Made by a program: the position numbers and the translations under genes. The notes below the pieces were generated by a model that was given only the letters and a program-made list of their open reading frames with translations, ran no database searches and was not told where the DNA came from. DNA of 63,948 nt, filler included, from Squatina squatina (taxonomy: Eukaryota), in the NCBI GenBank assembly GCA_031763465.1. It is 4 parts of 4 records of this genome, joined end to end, with 100 filler letters (N's around TTAATTAATTAA, not from the genome) between each part and the next. Parts side by side here need not be neighbours in the genome. Positions count along the whole stretch, not along the records: positions 13,357 to 27,283 come from JARFOE010000001.1; 3 more parts are not named here. The stretch is one strand, 5' to 3'. Within the stretch, counting starts at the first letter, position 1. The number at the start of each line of letters is the position of its first letter. This document shows positions 13,357 to 26,678 of this stretch, in pieces.

Positions 13357-14179
13357 ATCTTGCATGTTTCAATAAGATCACCTCTCATTCTTCTAAACTC
13401 CAATGAGTATAGACTCAACCTTTTAAGAGAATCTCTCCATCCCAGACATCAACCTAGTGAAACTCACAATAATGTGAGCTTGGCCTAGCTGCTTACCTTA
13501 TGATTCCATCTTCTAGATAAATATCAGCATAGCAGGACTGGTCATCATTGATGATCCTCCCACCTTTAATAAGAATTCGATCACTCTATGAAGGAAACAA
13601 AATTGACCAAACCCATGAATAAGAGGCAAAAAAAGGTTTTTCTCCAAATTAACAGACTAAAGTCAAAGTATTAAAATAACTTTGCCTCGGAGTAAATTAA
13701 AACTGCAATTATATGCAGTGTGGAAAGATACATCGATGGATAGCTGGATGTAATTTACAGAAAGTATATTTGGGACCAAAGTGGCTTTGGGTAGGAATGG
13801 AGCCAGATGTATTGCACAATCTAATAGCCAGTCCACACTCACTGTCTAGGCTTGTACATGAAGAATGGCCACTTGGGAGAGGTGCCCTAACCTTTACAGG
13901 AGAAAAGGACAGAAAATTGGGTGAAAAGTACCAGGACGTACACATAAACAAGTTCCTGTACAAACTCAAATCCTTTCAGGAGGACTGATGCACCTGTGAT
14001 TCATCAGCAACAGTCCATTATTTTACATAATGTAGTAAACACANNNNNNNNNNNNNNNNNNNNNNNNNNNNNNNNNNNNNNNNNNNNNNNNNNNNNNNNN
14101 NNNNNNNNNNNNNNNNNNNNNNNNNNNNNNNNNNNNNNNNNNNAATTTTGAAATTATACTTCCGAATTGCGAGTTCAAA

Positions 14180-14330
14180 TCGTTAATTTAAATGGTGAGC
14201 GGTGGTCCCAGAACCAATCCTTGGGGAACACCACTTCCCATCTTTTGCCAGTCTGAGTAACTAGCTTTAACCCCTACTCTCGGTTTTCTATTTTGTAGCC
14301 ATGTTTCAATCATTTTCTACGCGACTCCTA
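14180..14330 (-). mobile_element. CR1-type LINE reverse transcriptase fragment
   Basis: The minus strand reads ..SGVPQGLVLGPPL.., the non-LTR RT GVPQGSVLGP motif. Confidence 0.6.
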
Positions 14331-14602
14331 ATTAATTTTTTTAACCATATTTGGTGCTAGTGTCAGCATCTAGCACATTCAGATCCAAGGTACAGGTTCA
14401 TTTTCTCTATGCTACAATAGACCTCAATGCCCACTTTAAGTGACTGTGACATTTATAATGTTCCACACCAGCCACCACTGACTGCAAATGACAACATTGT
14501 GCCAAACCAGGTGCTATGAACTTGCATCGATTAGCGACTGGAATAAGATTATCCAAGTTTATTTAACTTGCTTCTACCAGAGGACTTATCTCCTCAGCAG
14601 GG

Positions 14603-14687
14603 GCTACATTTGGCCACACTGATGTACGTACACACACTCACATTTATATTGAGTGTGTGTATGTACAACAGTGTGGCCGAACGTAGC
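14603..14687. repeat. 85-nt near-perfect inverted repeat (38-bp arms, 9-nt loop)
   Basis: Arm 14603-14640 matches the reverse complement of 14650-14687 at 34/38 positions. Confidence 0.9.
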
Positions 14688-14759
14688 TGTGTTAACTTTC
14701 ATTGCCTTTTGAACATGGGGATACTAGAAAGTAAAACAATATTCATGGTCAAAATAGGG

Positions 14760-14895
14760 TGGGGAAAAAAACTCATAACCAAAAGAACATTTTAGTTTCA
14801 TTTTAATACAAAATGCATACATTATACAATATACAAATGTATAGAAATCATTTACATATTACCAGCTTATAAAAATAACCATACAATTTTATTAA
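14760..14895 (-). terminator. Putative polyadenylation region of a minus-strand transcript
   Basis: On the minus strand there is AATAAA (14888-14893) and ATTAAA (14802-14807), several upstream TGTA elements, and a downstream U/GU-rich tract (GTTCTTTTGGTTATGAGTTTTTT). AT-rich UTR-like sequence continues to about 17 kb. Confidence 0.45.
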
Positions 14896-17794
14896 CAAGT
14901 AAATCAACAGGATTTTAAGTAATCTTTAGTGTTATTTAATAAACATTTTATAAACGTGTGATGTACAACCATTTAAGAAACATTGGTGACTACAATACAT
15001 GGATTCAGTAATCCGTACATTAGAAATCTGATGACATTTTTCTTATGCTTCTATTTTTAATAAAATGCATATCTAAACTCTACTCCATTTTTTTTGCAAG
15101 GCCCTTGTGTACTAAGAAAAAAATGTCAAGAACGAGTCAAATGAAAAAACCATAACACANNNNNNNNNNNNNNNNNNNNNNNNNNNNNNNNNNAGTTGAT
15201 TTCACGATCTCCAGATGCAGGAGATCGTGGTGGTACCTGGTAGCACCACCTCAAGCCTTCCACGGAATTTCAGGTTAGACTAGTTTATCGCCTTGGCCGG
15301 TGGGTGACGCAAAACCATTTGTGCCCCATTAGCGCCTCTCACTGGAGGCGCAAACAAGGTGAATTTCAGCCCCCGTGGGGATTGTTCCACAACCGCTGGT
15401 TTTATGTAAATGGATTAAAGTTTAGATTTGCTGTTTGTCACAAGGCCACAGTACAATATCAACAACTCATGCACTGCAGTTTTCTATTAACAAACATTAC
15501 AAGGGTTCGGAGGAAAGGGAGTGCAAAGGGACACCTTCATTTTATCGATTTCCTCATTTGAGCAGAATTACTATGTCTCATGCAAAAAAAGTACTGATTA
15601 CTGTTTTTGGATTACCCACATTCTTTGCCAGTCAGTAAAAGCTCAACATTACTGGCAAATGTTATTGTAAAATTAAATTGTTTCCATCTACTTCACTAGT
15701 GGTTAAATAGTACAGAGTATAACTTTGCATTGACATTAATCATGTTTCAATCATGGTGGTTCAATGGGAAACATGTTGGTTGTGGAAACGTCTGGTATAA
15801 ACTATTAATGTTTCAATACAGTTAGCAAGTACCATCATAGGAGCCTAAGTAAACTAAGGAACTTGGGATGATATTTAATATCATAAATTTCCAAAGTCTA
15901 ATAATTTACACATTTTTCTGTGGGTTTGTCAGAGAGTCCTAAAGAATGATTTAAATAGTATGTTCAGGAAGAGCTGTCATTACTGGAAGCTTTTTTCAGC
16001 CAAATACAAGGATTTATAAATACAGCAGCAACCAACGAATGACCCTTTTTATGACCAATTGTCAATGGTTTTAGAAGGGATTTTCTTGCAAGCACAACTT
16101 TAGGAAGAGAAGTCTCACTTTTGTAAATTATCTCAAAGCTGTTAGTGCAGTTTTATTTCATTAAAAAATAAATTCAAAAGTATTATTTCTTATTCAGGTG
16201 CAATAGACAATGAAAAGTGCAAACTAGTAGTCTTATACTGTACACACAATATACAAATGTAGAACAAACAATGAGTAAGCACTATTGCCTCCTGAATAAA
16301 GTCCTGAGATATACTTCAAAAGAAGTGAAATGTTAAACAAATTTGTTTAGTGATAACTGTGCTTAAAAAAAACTTTTTTTTTAAAAAAAGGGCTCTTGAT
16401 CAAATTGCACACAAGCGCCACGAGGAAAGCTGCACACTACACTGATCCTTCGTCTCCTGCACATGTACAAGGTTCTTGCGCACAACACTCATGTACTAAT
16501 AGAAGTTGCATTTATACAAGAATTAATTTCAACAGGAGGACCTTCTGTTTGTTGTCTGTCCAAGGCATTGATCATCAACCAGAATAAGTTTAATTATGTA
16601 ATATTCACAAATATAAACCAAATTTTAAAACTTACTCTAAAATAAAAATGAGTGAATAAGGAAATTTGTATGTTGAGCTTTGCTATTTCTAACAACGTAA
16701 ATGTGCTGCTCTTTATCTGTTTCAGAAGCACAACAGTGGCACTGCAATACTTTTCTGTTAAGGACTACAATCCAGATTTGTTCTATTTTATTTGATAATT
16801 AGTTACATTACTAAGTCAGATTTTTTTGGAACTAAAAAAGATGAAAAGTGCACAAGGACATTTGACACAAAAGACCAAGTGCAAAGATCCGGGATTTTGG
16901 CAAGGAATACAAAACAGGAACAAGGGGGAGGTAGTATGAGAATTAAATACATATACCTGGCAACAAACTAAAGGCAAAGATTAATGCAAGGCTGTGGCTT
17001 TGTTGGGATTTAGCACCGAACGGGATTGGAGAAGAAACTTTATTCAGCAGAGACTCCCAGCCTGTGGTCACAGGCTGCAGCAATTCATCGAAGATTTACC
17101 AGAGAAGTGTCTTTGACAAATAGCAGAGCATGTTTAGATCTTCCAGACAATAAGTGCAATCTTTTAAACTTCATATCTGCAAACATCTTCAGAAACAAAA
17201 AGTAAATATGGTTTAATAATTGAGTTACAATATGCAATAACTTTATAATTTGTTATATAGAACTATTACTGTTTGTGCATGAATGGTGCTCAACCTAGCA
17301 CTTACTACGGATTTAGTGTCAGTGAGATCAGGGCTACATAACAGATAAACAATACCACCTGAGCCTTCCAGAGCAACTACACTATAAAATCAGCATAAAG
17401 CACAGTGTTAGCTTCATAAATGTTTTACCAATTGGATTGCATGCCAAGATAATGCATAATCAGCTACTGCAGATATTGGCCTTTGGATTTTACCAAACTA
17501 CTTGCTGAGTCAGTTTAAACATGAATACAGAGAAGGTAGTTGTCAAGTTTAATGCTAACCTCAGCTTCTTTGTTAGCCACTTCAGATGATTTTAATAGGA
17601 ATTACAGTCCATGCTGATCAGTGAGAAACTACATCCCTTCTGTATTTGTTCCAAGGACTCTATTCTAACACCACACAATATAGAATTGAAAAAAGCATTT
17701 TGTGCAGTAATCTGTTATTGCCAGAGCTCTTACGCTGTCAGCTATCTTTTCTTTCTCCTTGTGACAGTTACCTGGACGGCCTGTATTACATACT

Positions 17795-18417
17795 GGCCCA
17801 GATTTTGCTGTAGCAGGGCATCTAATGGTGACTGCCATTAGTCAGACTAGCCCTTGCATATTTAGGTTTTCAATTTTTCTTCATGGCAAGTCGCTGAAAG
17901 TGCGAGCTGATAACGGCACAGCAAGGGGAAACAGGGTATCTGGGACCTGATGAACAGGACAAGCAACTGTGTATCTCCTCAACCGATCAGATTGGAGGAT
18001 TGAGAAATAAACAGTGCAAGGACTGAGAAGGATTTGTGAATTAGAGTGGGTGAATCCAATGTCNNNNNNNNNNNNNNNNNNNNNNNAGTGCTAGAGATTG
18101 GCGGTAGTTAACAATTGTCATGCCATTAAAGGGTTAGCTTGAAATGACAAGACTTAACTTTCTGTGTCGAGTTTAGTTTGTATCCACCGTGCAAATACAG
18201 CAAAATCACGTCATTTAATGCATTTCAATGGCGAGGCAGACAGTGAGATGCCAGTTTTGTTAAGCTAACGGTGGAATGGTGCAACTCGGACAGCAACATT
18301 TGGGTATTGGCATTTAATCGTGCATCTTCCCCTCGCCTGAAGCTGCTGTACCATTTACGCATAAATAACGCTGAGCGCGATTAGCCTCACCGTTATTTTG
18401 ACAGCAAATTCTGGCCC
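17795..18417. mobile_element. MITE-like element with 17-bp TIRs (probable Harbinger-type)
   Basis: GGCCCAGATTTTGCTGT (17795-17811) matches the reverse complement of 18401-18417, GGGCCAGAATTTGCTGT, at 15/17 positions. No coding capacity. Confidence 0.7.
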
Positions 18418-20889
18418 GTTTGTGCCTCACTCATTCTACCCAGGCTACAATCTGCAGACAACAGCGCACTCCAATGCCTCTGTGATTTGTAGCATCACTG
18501 CATTTGTGCTGGGATGTTGATGCTGTCGAACACACAGGGGCCGATTTGCACTTGCTGTGCCTGGCATTATCAGGGTGGTAACAGCATCAAAATGGGGCCT
18601 TATCAGTAGTGTTATGCCCCATTAACACTGACGATGTAGCCTGTGCCATTTTGAAAGGGGCCTACCACTGGGCGACCAAAGAGCCCCACCCGCTTAAGGT
18701 GGTAGGTCCTGTTTATGCAAATTGGGATCCTAGGACTCTGTATGCCATTTTAGGTTGGAACTGGTCAAATGTGCACCATGCACAACCTGACCAGTTTCAT
18801 GGGCGATATAACTGAAGAGGCCCAGCAAAGCTTTGGCACCCTGTAGCTTGCCACCCTGGCCCTCAAAACTGTGGCTGCCTCTGGCTGCAGGTACGGGAGG
18901 ACCGCCAGCGTGCTCTGTTGGTCACTCGCCCAATAGTCACAGTCGACCCACCTATGTGCATGTGCTTGTACACACACAAAGGCATTTTAGGTTTGGAGAA
19001 GACCATTGGCTTTTGACACATTGGCCTCGGTTTTCCATCCCTCTTGATTGGAGTACATCATCAGCAGGGCGGGACCTCTGACCACGTATGAGATGCCGCA
19101 CCGAACACATCTATATTTCTAGCCTTGCGGTATTAATATAACCTCTCTCAAGTTTTTCCCTGGTGACCCCTCCACTAACCTCTGGATCCATAAGTTGAAC
19201 AGGTGGCTCCTACCTTCAGCGTTCAGAGTGCAAATGGCATGTCCCACTTGCATATTGTTAGCATGCAGGCTTAGCTTTCTTGGAGCAGACTATCTGTGGG
19301 AAAGCAGCATGGAGATGGGGCCACAATAGAACATGTGCCCATGTTGCTTTCTGTCTCCATCCACCCCAATCCACTGAAATAGTACATCTATTTATCAGTG
19401 TAACTTTATCGGCCCATAAGAGTCTGACTGTTGCCACTAAATAGATATCTCAAGATAATCACAGATGAAGAAAACCATTCAGCCCATCTTAGTTCATCCA
19501 TCCAGAATGACCCTAAAGTCCCCCATTCCAACATTCAATTGGTTCTTAAATAATTCCAAGGCTTTTNNNNNNNNNNNNNNNNNNNNNNNNNNNNNNNNNN
19601 NNNNNNNNNNNNNNNNNNNNNNNNNNNNNNNNNNNNNNNNNNNNNNNNNNNNNNNNNNNNNNNNNNAATTCAGGACCTGAAGATTTATTTTCTATTGTGT
19701 GCAGGTTAGGAGACTGCTTGAAGACCGAGTTGGATTTTCAAAGCATTTGCACCCACATGAAAAAGTAGCACTTTTTTTCATTAAATCCTACTTAATTGTA
19801 TCCTTTATCCAAATGTGTGGTAAGTTCAGTTCAAAGAACTTACCTATTTGTTTGCATAAACAGAAGTTAACAAATGGAGCTTTGCAGGCTATGATTTGCA
19901 GCCAGCTCTTACTTTATAACATGGTAATGTTACCATTCTGTATCCTCAGGGTAAAGGGAGGGGAGTATTAAGAGTTATTTAACATAATGGAGCACAGTAC
20001 CAAAAACCTTCCATACAACACAAAGCCATCTTTGTATGTTCAGGACTTTTTTTGAGCTGCATTTTTAAGGCTGTTAATTGGACAATCAGCTAAATTCTCA
20101 GAAGGAAAATGCTCTGGGTCAAATCTGCTGCTTAATGGTCTTTTCAAAAAACAGAGTGAATTAGAAAAAAAGCTTTTCAGTATAGTGACACATTGCACAA
20201 AAGAGTTGGAAAGTCTCCAGCAATACCAGGAAAGCTGATTGAAACATAATGAAAGTATAGAAAATCTCCACAGAGCTAGGCTTAATTTAATACTCAATAC
20301 CAGAAAAAGGTGAATTAATATAATGCTGTCTTATTAATAGATATTGATTCAAAGCTTCCATTAAGTTTATCTATGAGGCAAATATGTAATATATTTAAAC
20401 ATTAATGGTGAGTTGTGCATTATGGTAACTGTAATTTGCATTCTCAGTGGGACACTTAGGCAGCATTAGAAATTTAGACTGCTTTGCTGAGGTAAGGGAA
20501 CTTCATGGTTTCTGAGTAATTATATTTTTTCTTCTACCAGATTGTGTTGGACTATTATGAATGCACTGTGCATTGAACAGTAAATCACAGCTTCATCCAA
20601 GACTTCTGTTACCGCTTCTTAAAGGGCATCAGTAAATGGATTTCGTAAACACACAAGAAGTTTCAAATAGGTTTTACGGTCTGCCGATCTAAAGTTAGTT
20701 TAATTTACTCATACAAAGTATTTTCCTCTCCAGCACAGTTCACAATTTATGATGCTGTAATTAAANNNNNNNNNNNNNNNNNNNNNNNNNNNNNNNNNNN
20801 NNNNNNNNNNNNNNNNNNNNNNNNNNNNNNNNNNNNNNNNNNNNNNNNNNNNNNNNNNNNNNNNNCCTTGGATCTTCTGGTTTACAAAG

Positions 20890-21150
20890 TACTACAAGGT
20901 ACTGACAGTGCAGAAACAGGCCATTCAGCCCAACAGGTCTATGCCAGTCTCTAGGCTCCGCACCAGCTTCCTCCCATCCCTCTTCATCTAACTCCATCGA
21001 CATATCCTTCTATTCCTTTCTCCCTCATGTGTTTATCTAGCTTCCCCTTCAATGCATCTATGGCATTTGCCTCAACTACTCCATGTGGTAGCCGGTTCCA
21101 CATTCTAACCATTCTCTGGGGAAAGAAGATTCTGCTGAATTCCCTATTCC
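20890..21150 (-). mobile_element. CR1/HER1-type LINE 3' end
   Basis: GGCCATTCAGCCC tail and GRIFFPQRMVRMWNRLP-type ORF2 C-terminus on the minus strand. Confidence 0.75.
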
Positions 21151-22237
21151 TGGTTTGTATGACTCAGTTACCCTGCTTTAACCAGCTGTGCTGCTGGGGT
21201 GCTGTTATGTCTATCGCAGAACAAAGGGCAGTTATTCAATATCATTTTCAACCCTCTATATAGCTTTTCCATAAACATTTAAAAAATAAATGAAACAATA
21301 AAGACCTTCTTTATAAGCAGTGCAATGTCACTGAGCGTTGGATCACCAATGTGCAGTCCCATGGTGGCTGAGGCCAATGGGCACGGGCTCAACATTACCA
21401 ACTGAGCCATCAGGGAACTTTAATTTACCTTTTTATCTAAAATCACGCTTGGCAGACCTGGATGTGTTTCAGATCATTTGCATGGGACTCATGGTTAACA
21501 CACCCATTGCTTTGATCAGTTTAAACTGGTCACCTCTTCAAGTACTATTCCAGAAAGTGGCATGTCTTATTGGTTTATTAAGAAATGGTCATTCTTTTTC
21601 ACAAAAAATTCCAGCCAAAGCAATGCACATTCTCGACAAATCTTAAATGTTCATTGTTTACAAAACTCCCACAAACCGGAATATACAGTATTAGGATAAT
21701 GAGCAATACGCACATCACAGTATGACACCCAACAATGTGATCATCCAGGAGATCCCATAAATCTGGTTGTTTTTCCTGTAATTTGTTCATTGCCTGTCAT
21801 ACGATATGAATTAGTACTCAGATCAATATGACACAATATGTTTCTTGTTTAATTATTTTGTGTGGGTTTTTTGTATATTCCGAACAAAGTATTTATTTAT
21901 GGGAATGTTTCTTTTTTATCATGGATGTGGTCTTTGAATTTATTGAATCTGACAATACTCAGCTCTCCTTTTAACCACAAAATATTTCGTTCATTATGAA
22001 ATAAATTAAAGACACCCCACTTTAACTCGACGGCACAGAAGCGACTTCCTCTAAATTGCAGCGTCTTTATAGGCTGTGTCTTCTCTGAATGACAATGATA
22101 GAATCAAAAATGATCACCTTGAATTCTCAGCTCTCTAAATTGATAGATACTGTAGTTCAAACTGGCCTTATATGAACAAGAGCTTGTTTTTTGACCATGA
22201 GAAATCACAGGTTTGTTTTAAACCAATCAGTTTTGTA

Positions 22238-22650
22238 AGCTGTGGCTCAGTGGATAGCACACTTGCCATCCTACAGACTTGAGCACATAAATCTAGGCTG
22301 ACGTTCCAGTACAGGGCTGAGGGAGTGCTGCACAGTCGGAGGTGCTGTCTTTTGGATGAGATGTTAAACTGCTCTCTCAGGTGGACGTAAAAAATCCCAT
22401 GGCACTATCTCCGAGAAGAGCAGGAGAGTTATCCCTCTGTGTCCTGGCCAATATTCATCCTTCAATCAATGTAACAGAAACAGATTATCTGGTCATTATC
22501 GCATTCCTGTTTGTGGGAGCTTGCTGTGCACAAATTGGCTGCTGCGTTTCCCACATTGCAACAGTGACTACACTTCAAAAAGTACTTCATTGGCTGGAAA
22601 GGGCTTGGGTGGTCATGAAAGGCACTATATAAATGCAAGTCTGTCTTTTC
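22238..22650 (+). mobile_element. SacSINE1-like Deu-domain SINE (tRNA-derived head, L2-like tail)
   Basis: A-box-like GTGGCTCAGTGG head, central GAGGGAGTGCTGCAC..GATGAGATGTTAAAC..ATCCCATGGCACTA..GAAGAGCAGG block, and AAAGGCACTATATAAATGCAAG tail. Several related copies occur in the window. Confidence 0.85.
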
Positions 22651-23960
22651 TTTTACTCAGGAGCTGCGAGTTATACTTACTCAGGATTTAGCGGAGAGAG
22701 GAATGTGGGAGCTGGAAGTGTCAGTCCAAAGAGATCGAGCTGGGAGATAGGTACAGCATGCCTTGCTGCACTGGAACATGGTCCAGCTCAGTTTAGTTAC
22801 TGGTTCCTTTCTTTACCCAATGGCTCTCTTCTCACTTGTGCCAAAGATGCCTTTCGCTGATTCACAGGATTAATTTCGTCTGATTAAAATCGAATTCACA
22901 GATTTTGCAAGAGAAAATTTTAGTTTACGGAGGTTCAAAAAAGTCCTGTGCAGTGAGTGGATACTAATGGCTTCATTAATGCCTTCAATACTGACCAGGA
23001 GTCAAATTCTGGTACCACCCATGGTAAACATAGCATTTCCTGAAGCTGTGTCAGGAGCTGTACATGTCTCTCGTCCTATTTCTGGTTCACCAGTTTGATT
23101 AACAATACTATTCTGATCCTAACTTAATGAGCCTGGTGAAGAAACGTTCTTTTCAATTTATTTGCAGTGACTTTTTTACACATTTGAACAATTGATAAAA
23201 TATGCATGTGCTGAAATCTTATGCCAGCATGTATGCTTCAGAGTGCTTTCATTTGGAAGTATCCCTGTTTGGCTCCTGGCACTGGGTACTCTATTCCATT
23301 AACATTGGTGTTTGGGTCACACGGCCATTAGCAACCGATTTAAAAACAGCTACTCATCCAATCACCACTTCCCTCTCCGTCTATCAGACCTTCCCGTGTC
23401 TGGGGNNNNNNNNNNNNNNNNNNNNNNNNNNNNNNNNNNNNNNNNNNNNNNNNNNNNNNNNNNNNNNNNNNNNNNNNNNNNNNNNNNNNNNNNNNNNNNN
23501 NNNNNAACAGAATTTTTAAACGTCTAATTTTTTTTCCAAGTGGTTTATTTTTTTGCAGTTTATCAATTTAAAATAATGGCTGGTTGTACTACTTTGCAAG
23601 CATAACATTCTATTGTTTTTGACATAAAATATATTTTAAGAATTATTAAGTCCCTTATCGACATTTTTATGGCTACGACAGAATGCTTCCCCAAACTACA
23701 GTTAAATAAATAAGTTTTCAAATTTCATCTCTACTAGCAACATAACGAATCTACATGAAGGTGTGGCGTGAATCTAATTGGATTTACCAACATGCCCAAG
23801 TACATTAAATGGGACAGTTTGTCAAAATCAGTACTTGTTTATGCAAGTTTTGCTGCAACCATGAGGCTTTTTTTCAATGTGGTAAAGGCAGTTGCAAGGT
23901 TGGAGGCAAAACATAAGAACTACAAGGAGTATTTAATGTTCTGTAAACAACTGCACTTAC

Positions 23961-25222
23961 ATGTACCATAATGCAGAAGTTTTAAAACAGTACACATGTC
24001 TACATTTTAGCTTAATCCCTAGATTTTCTTTCAAATTCATCAATTTGGTGTTTTCATTTTCTAAATGATTTATTTTGTCTTGTGCTGCACTGTTCTCAGT
24101 GAGGTATTTCTCCACTTCACTTTCCAGTTCTCTGACCTTTTGTAAAAGATTTTCATTCTCTCTTGTTAACTCATGCCCAGTTTGGTGAATGATATGTATC
24201 TCCTTGTTCTCCAGTTCGTTAATTCTGTTTAGCAGATGTTCATTTTCTTTCATCAGCTTTTCCATTTCTTCTTTCAGTCCCGTCACCGTGTTAGTCAGAG
24301 TTTTACCCTTGGATTCCAACTCTGATATTCTTCTCTTGAGTTCCTCATTTTGTGTGCTCAACGTTTCAACAGTTTGGTGACACTCCATTAATTTCTGCGC
24401 GTTTTCTTTCTGCAGAGAACTAATTTTGCCTTCCAGTTTATTCTTCTCTTCTTTCAGCTGAGACACTCTCTGCAAACATTCCTCATGCTTCTCTTGAAAC
24501 TTTGCCTCCATATCTCTTTGGTCAGATTCCAGTTTTGCAATCCCATTTAGCAGCTCTTTATTTCTCTTCTCCAAAACCTCATTTTCTTTCCTCAAGTTAT
24601 TTTTCATTGATTCTTCTTCCTGTAGCTTTTCTTTTGTTATTACTTCAAGTTTCTGCGACAAATGTTTCATTTCACTTTCTGCAACGCACAATTCGTCCTC
24701 TAATTTACATTTCTCTTCAGCTGCCTTAAGTAACTCGTTGTTCCTGCACTGCAAATGTTGATCTACTTCTGCCTTCTCCGTCTGAAGTTCCTGTATTTCA
24801 GCCTTAAGGTTTGCAATGGTTTCAGTCAATGCCTTTGCGTCTGTGCTAGCAGGCTCTCTTTTCATGCTGAAATGTGTCTTTGGTAGTGTACAAATACATG
24901 TGTTACTGCCACTGCAATCTGCATTCTTGTGTACAGACAGGCACCTTGAATTTGCACTGGTGACTTTCTGACTCACAAGTTCCAATTGGTCAGGCTGTGA
25001 CTCATTAGTAACGTTATCGACAGGAACGACAGCATTGCTGGCTAATTCCATGGCAACAGTTAGGTCATCTCCACATTTCTTGATCTCTTGGGCTGTCTTA
25101 TTGATCTCTTGTTTTTCAACCATGGATGCTGATAGGTCATAACTTGCCAATTGTCCTACTTCAGGGTCCAACAACATGGCCAGTTCTTTCTGTGTCTCAG
25201 GGCTCCGAAGGACTGCTCTGAC
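23961..25222 (-). CDS. C4orf50: Large coiled-coil exon C of C4orf50-like gene (3' boundary uncertain)
   Basis: The acceptor ttttaacctcag|GTC at 25222 is phase 0 and in frame with ORF 23957..25177 (VRAVLRSPETQKELAMLLDPE..). The frame is open for about 420 codons with a long E/K/L/N heptad region. The best donor is AT|gtaagt at 23960. Confidence 0.75.
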
Positions 25223-25753
25223 CTGAGGTTAAAATGATGACAAATTATGTGTTGCTCTGCGTACAGAAGTGAATTAAATATACAGCAGGACTGAAATGTA
25301 ACAGAAACTGTTATTACACAAAGAGTGGACAGCACAATAACGAGATCCAAATGAATATTCACAACATTTATATGAGTTGGCAGATTAGAACAAGAGGTTT
25401 CGGGGGCCCAATTGGTGTGCCTTCGTGCCCGGGTATTAACGATGATCAGCGGNNNNNNNNNNNNNNNNNNNNNNNNNNNNNNNNNNNNNNNNNNNNNNNN
25501 NNNNNNNNNNNNNNNNNNNNNNNNNNNNNNNNNNNNNNNNNNNNNNNNNNNNAGAATTGCAGCATAAATCAGCACCTTCAGGAGGGGAGACGCGGCGAGA
25601 AAACTTCGAGGAAAATAAATTCATTTTCTGGAATCCAGACATGGTTTTCAAGTAATAATCCTTCAATGTGGATGACAACAAAAATATTAAAACCTCACTT
25701 ATAGGTATTTTACATTTTGCAGTATCAGTACTTACTAATGTGATTTTATGCAC

Positions 25754-26455
25754 CTTTTTCTTGTCTTCTACTAAACTCTCCAATTTTTCTTTTTCTTCCA
25801 GCACTTCTTTCAGATAGTTTTCATGGTCCTGTATTCCTGTCAGTTCTTCTCTGAGATTCTCGTTCTCCTCTTCCAGCTCCTCGACTTGTTCTTGCAGGCT
25901 GCTCTCCGATAACTTCAGCTCGTGGATCCGCGAGCGGAAGTCTTCCAGCTTATGTGTGAGGAAGTCCTCATTGTCTTTAGCTTGCTGAAGTTTGTCTCTG
26001 AGCTGTTCCTTATCCTGGTTGCTTGCCTCGTCTTTTTCTAAAAGGCCCTTCAAGTCACGCTGAAGCTCTCGAATCTGGTCTTTGATTTGGTCTTCTCTGT
26101 CTGACAGGCAACATTCCACGTTGGTGAGTTCAGTATCATGCTCTGAAAGATCTTTGCTTCTTTTGGAACATGTTTTTTCCAGCTTTGTAAACTTTGCTGT
26201 GACTTCTTGTAGCTCAGTTCTCAGGACAACACTGGTAGCATTTAGGTCTATTCTCTCTCTTTCCAGCTTGAAAACCTGATTCTGCAGGGACTGCTCGCGC
26301 TCCCTCAGCTTCACCAATTGCTGCTGCTGCTTTTGTTTGTAATGTTCAAAGTACTCGGACTGCTTGTTCATCTCGTCCTCCTTCATCCTCAGCTGGTTCT
26401 GCAAACGCCACAGTTTTCCCTTCAGCACCTCTTCAGACTTCTCCTTTTCTGTAAG
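25754..26455 (-). CDS. C4orf50: 702-bp coiled-coil exon B of C4orf50-like gene
   Basis: Acceptor cttctttctttaaag|CTT and donor AAG|gtgcat, both phase 0. LTEKEKSEEVLKGKLWRLQNQLRMKEDE..LREREQSLQNQVFKLE and KLEDFRSRIHELKLSESSLQEQVEELEEENENLR resemble recalled C4orf50 N-terminal motifs (..RLQEQLRHKDE..LREQERVLRAQVQRLE; ..LEELRCCIYGLKLSEIGL..QVEEL..QNRRLR). Confidence 0.8.
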
Positions 26456-26678
26456 CTTTAAAGAAAGAAGTGTGTGAAATATACATCGATCACAGAACTC
26501 TGTAGTAATCACCTATGATAAACTAACAGTGAGCATATCACAATCATTGATTCCTAGGTGTGAATATCATCGCACATCNNNNNNNNNNNNNNNNNNNNNN
26601 NNNNNNNNNNNNNNNNNNNNNNNNNNNNNNNNNNNNNNNNNNNNNNNNNNNNNNNNNNNNNNNNNNNNNNNNNNNNNN

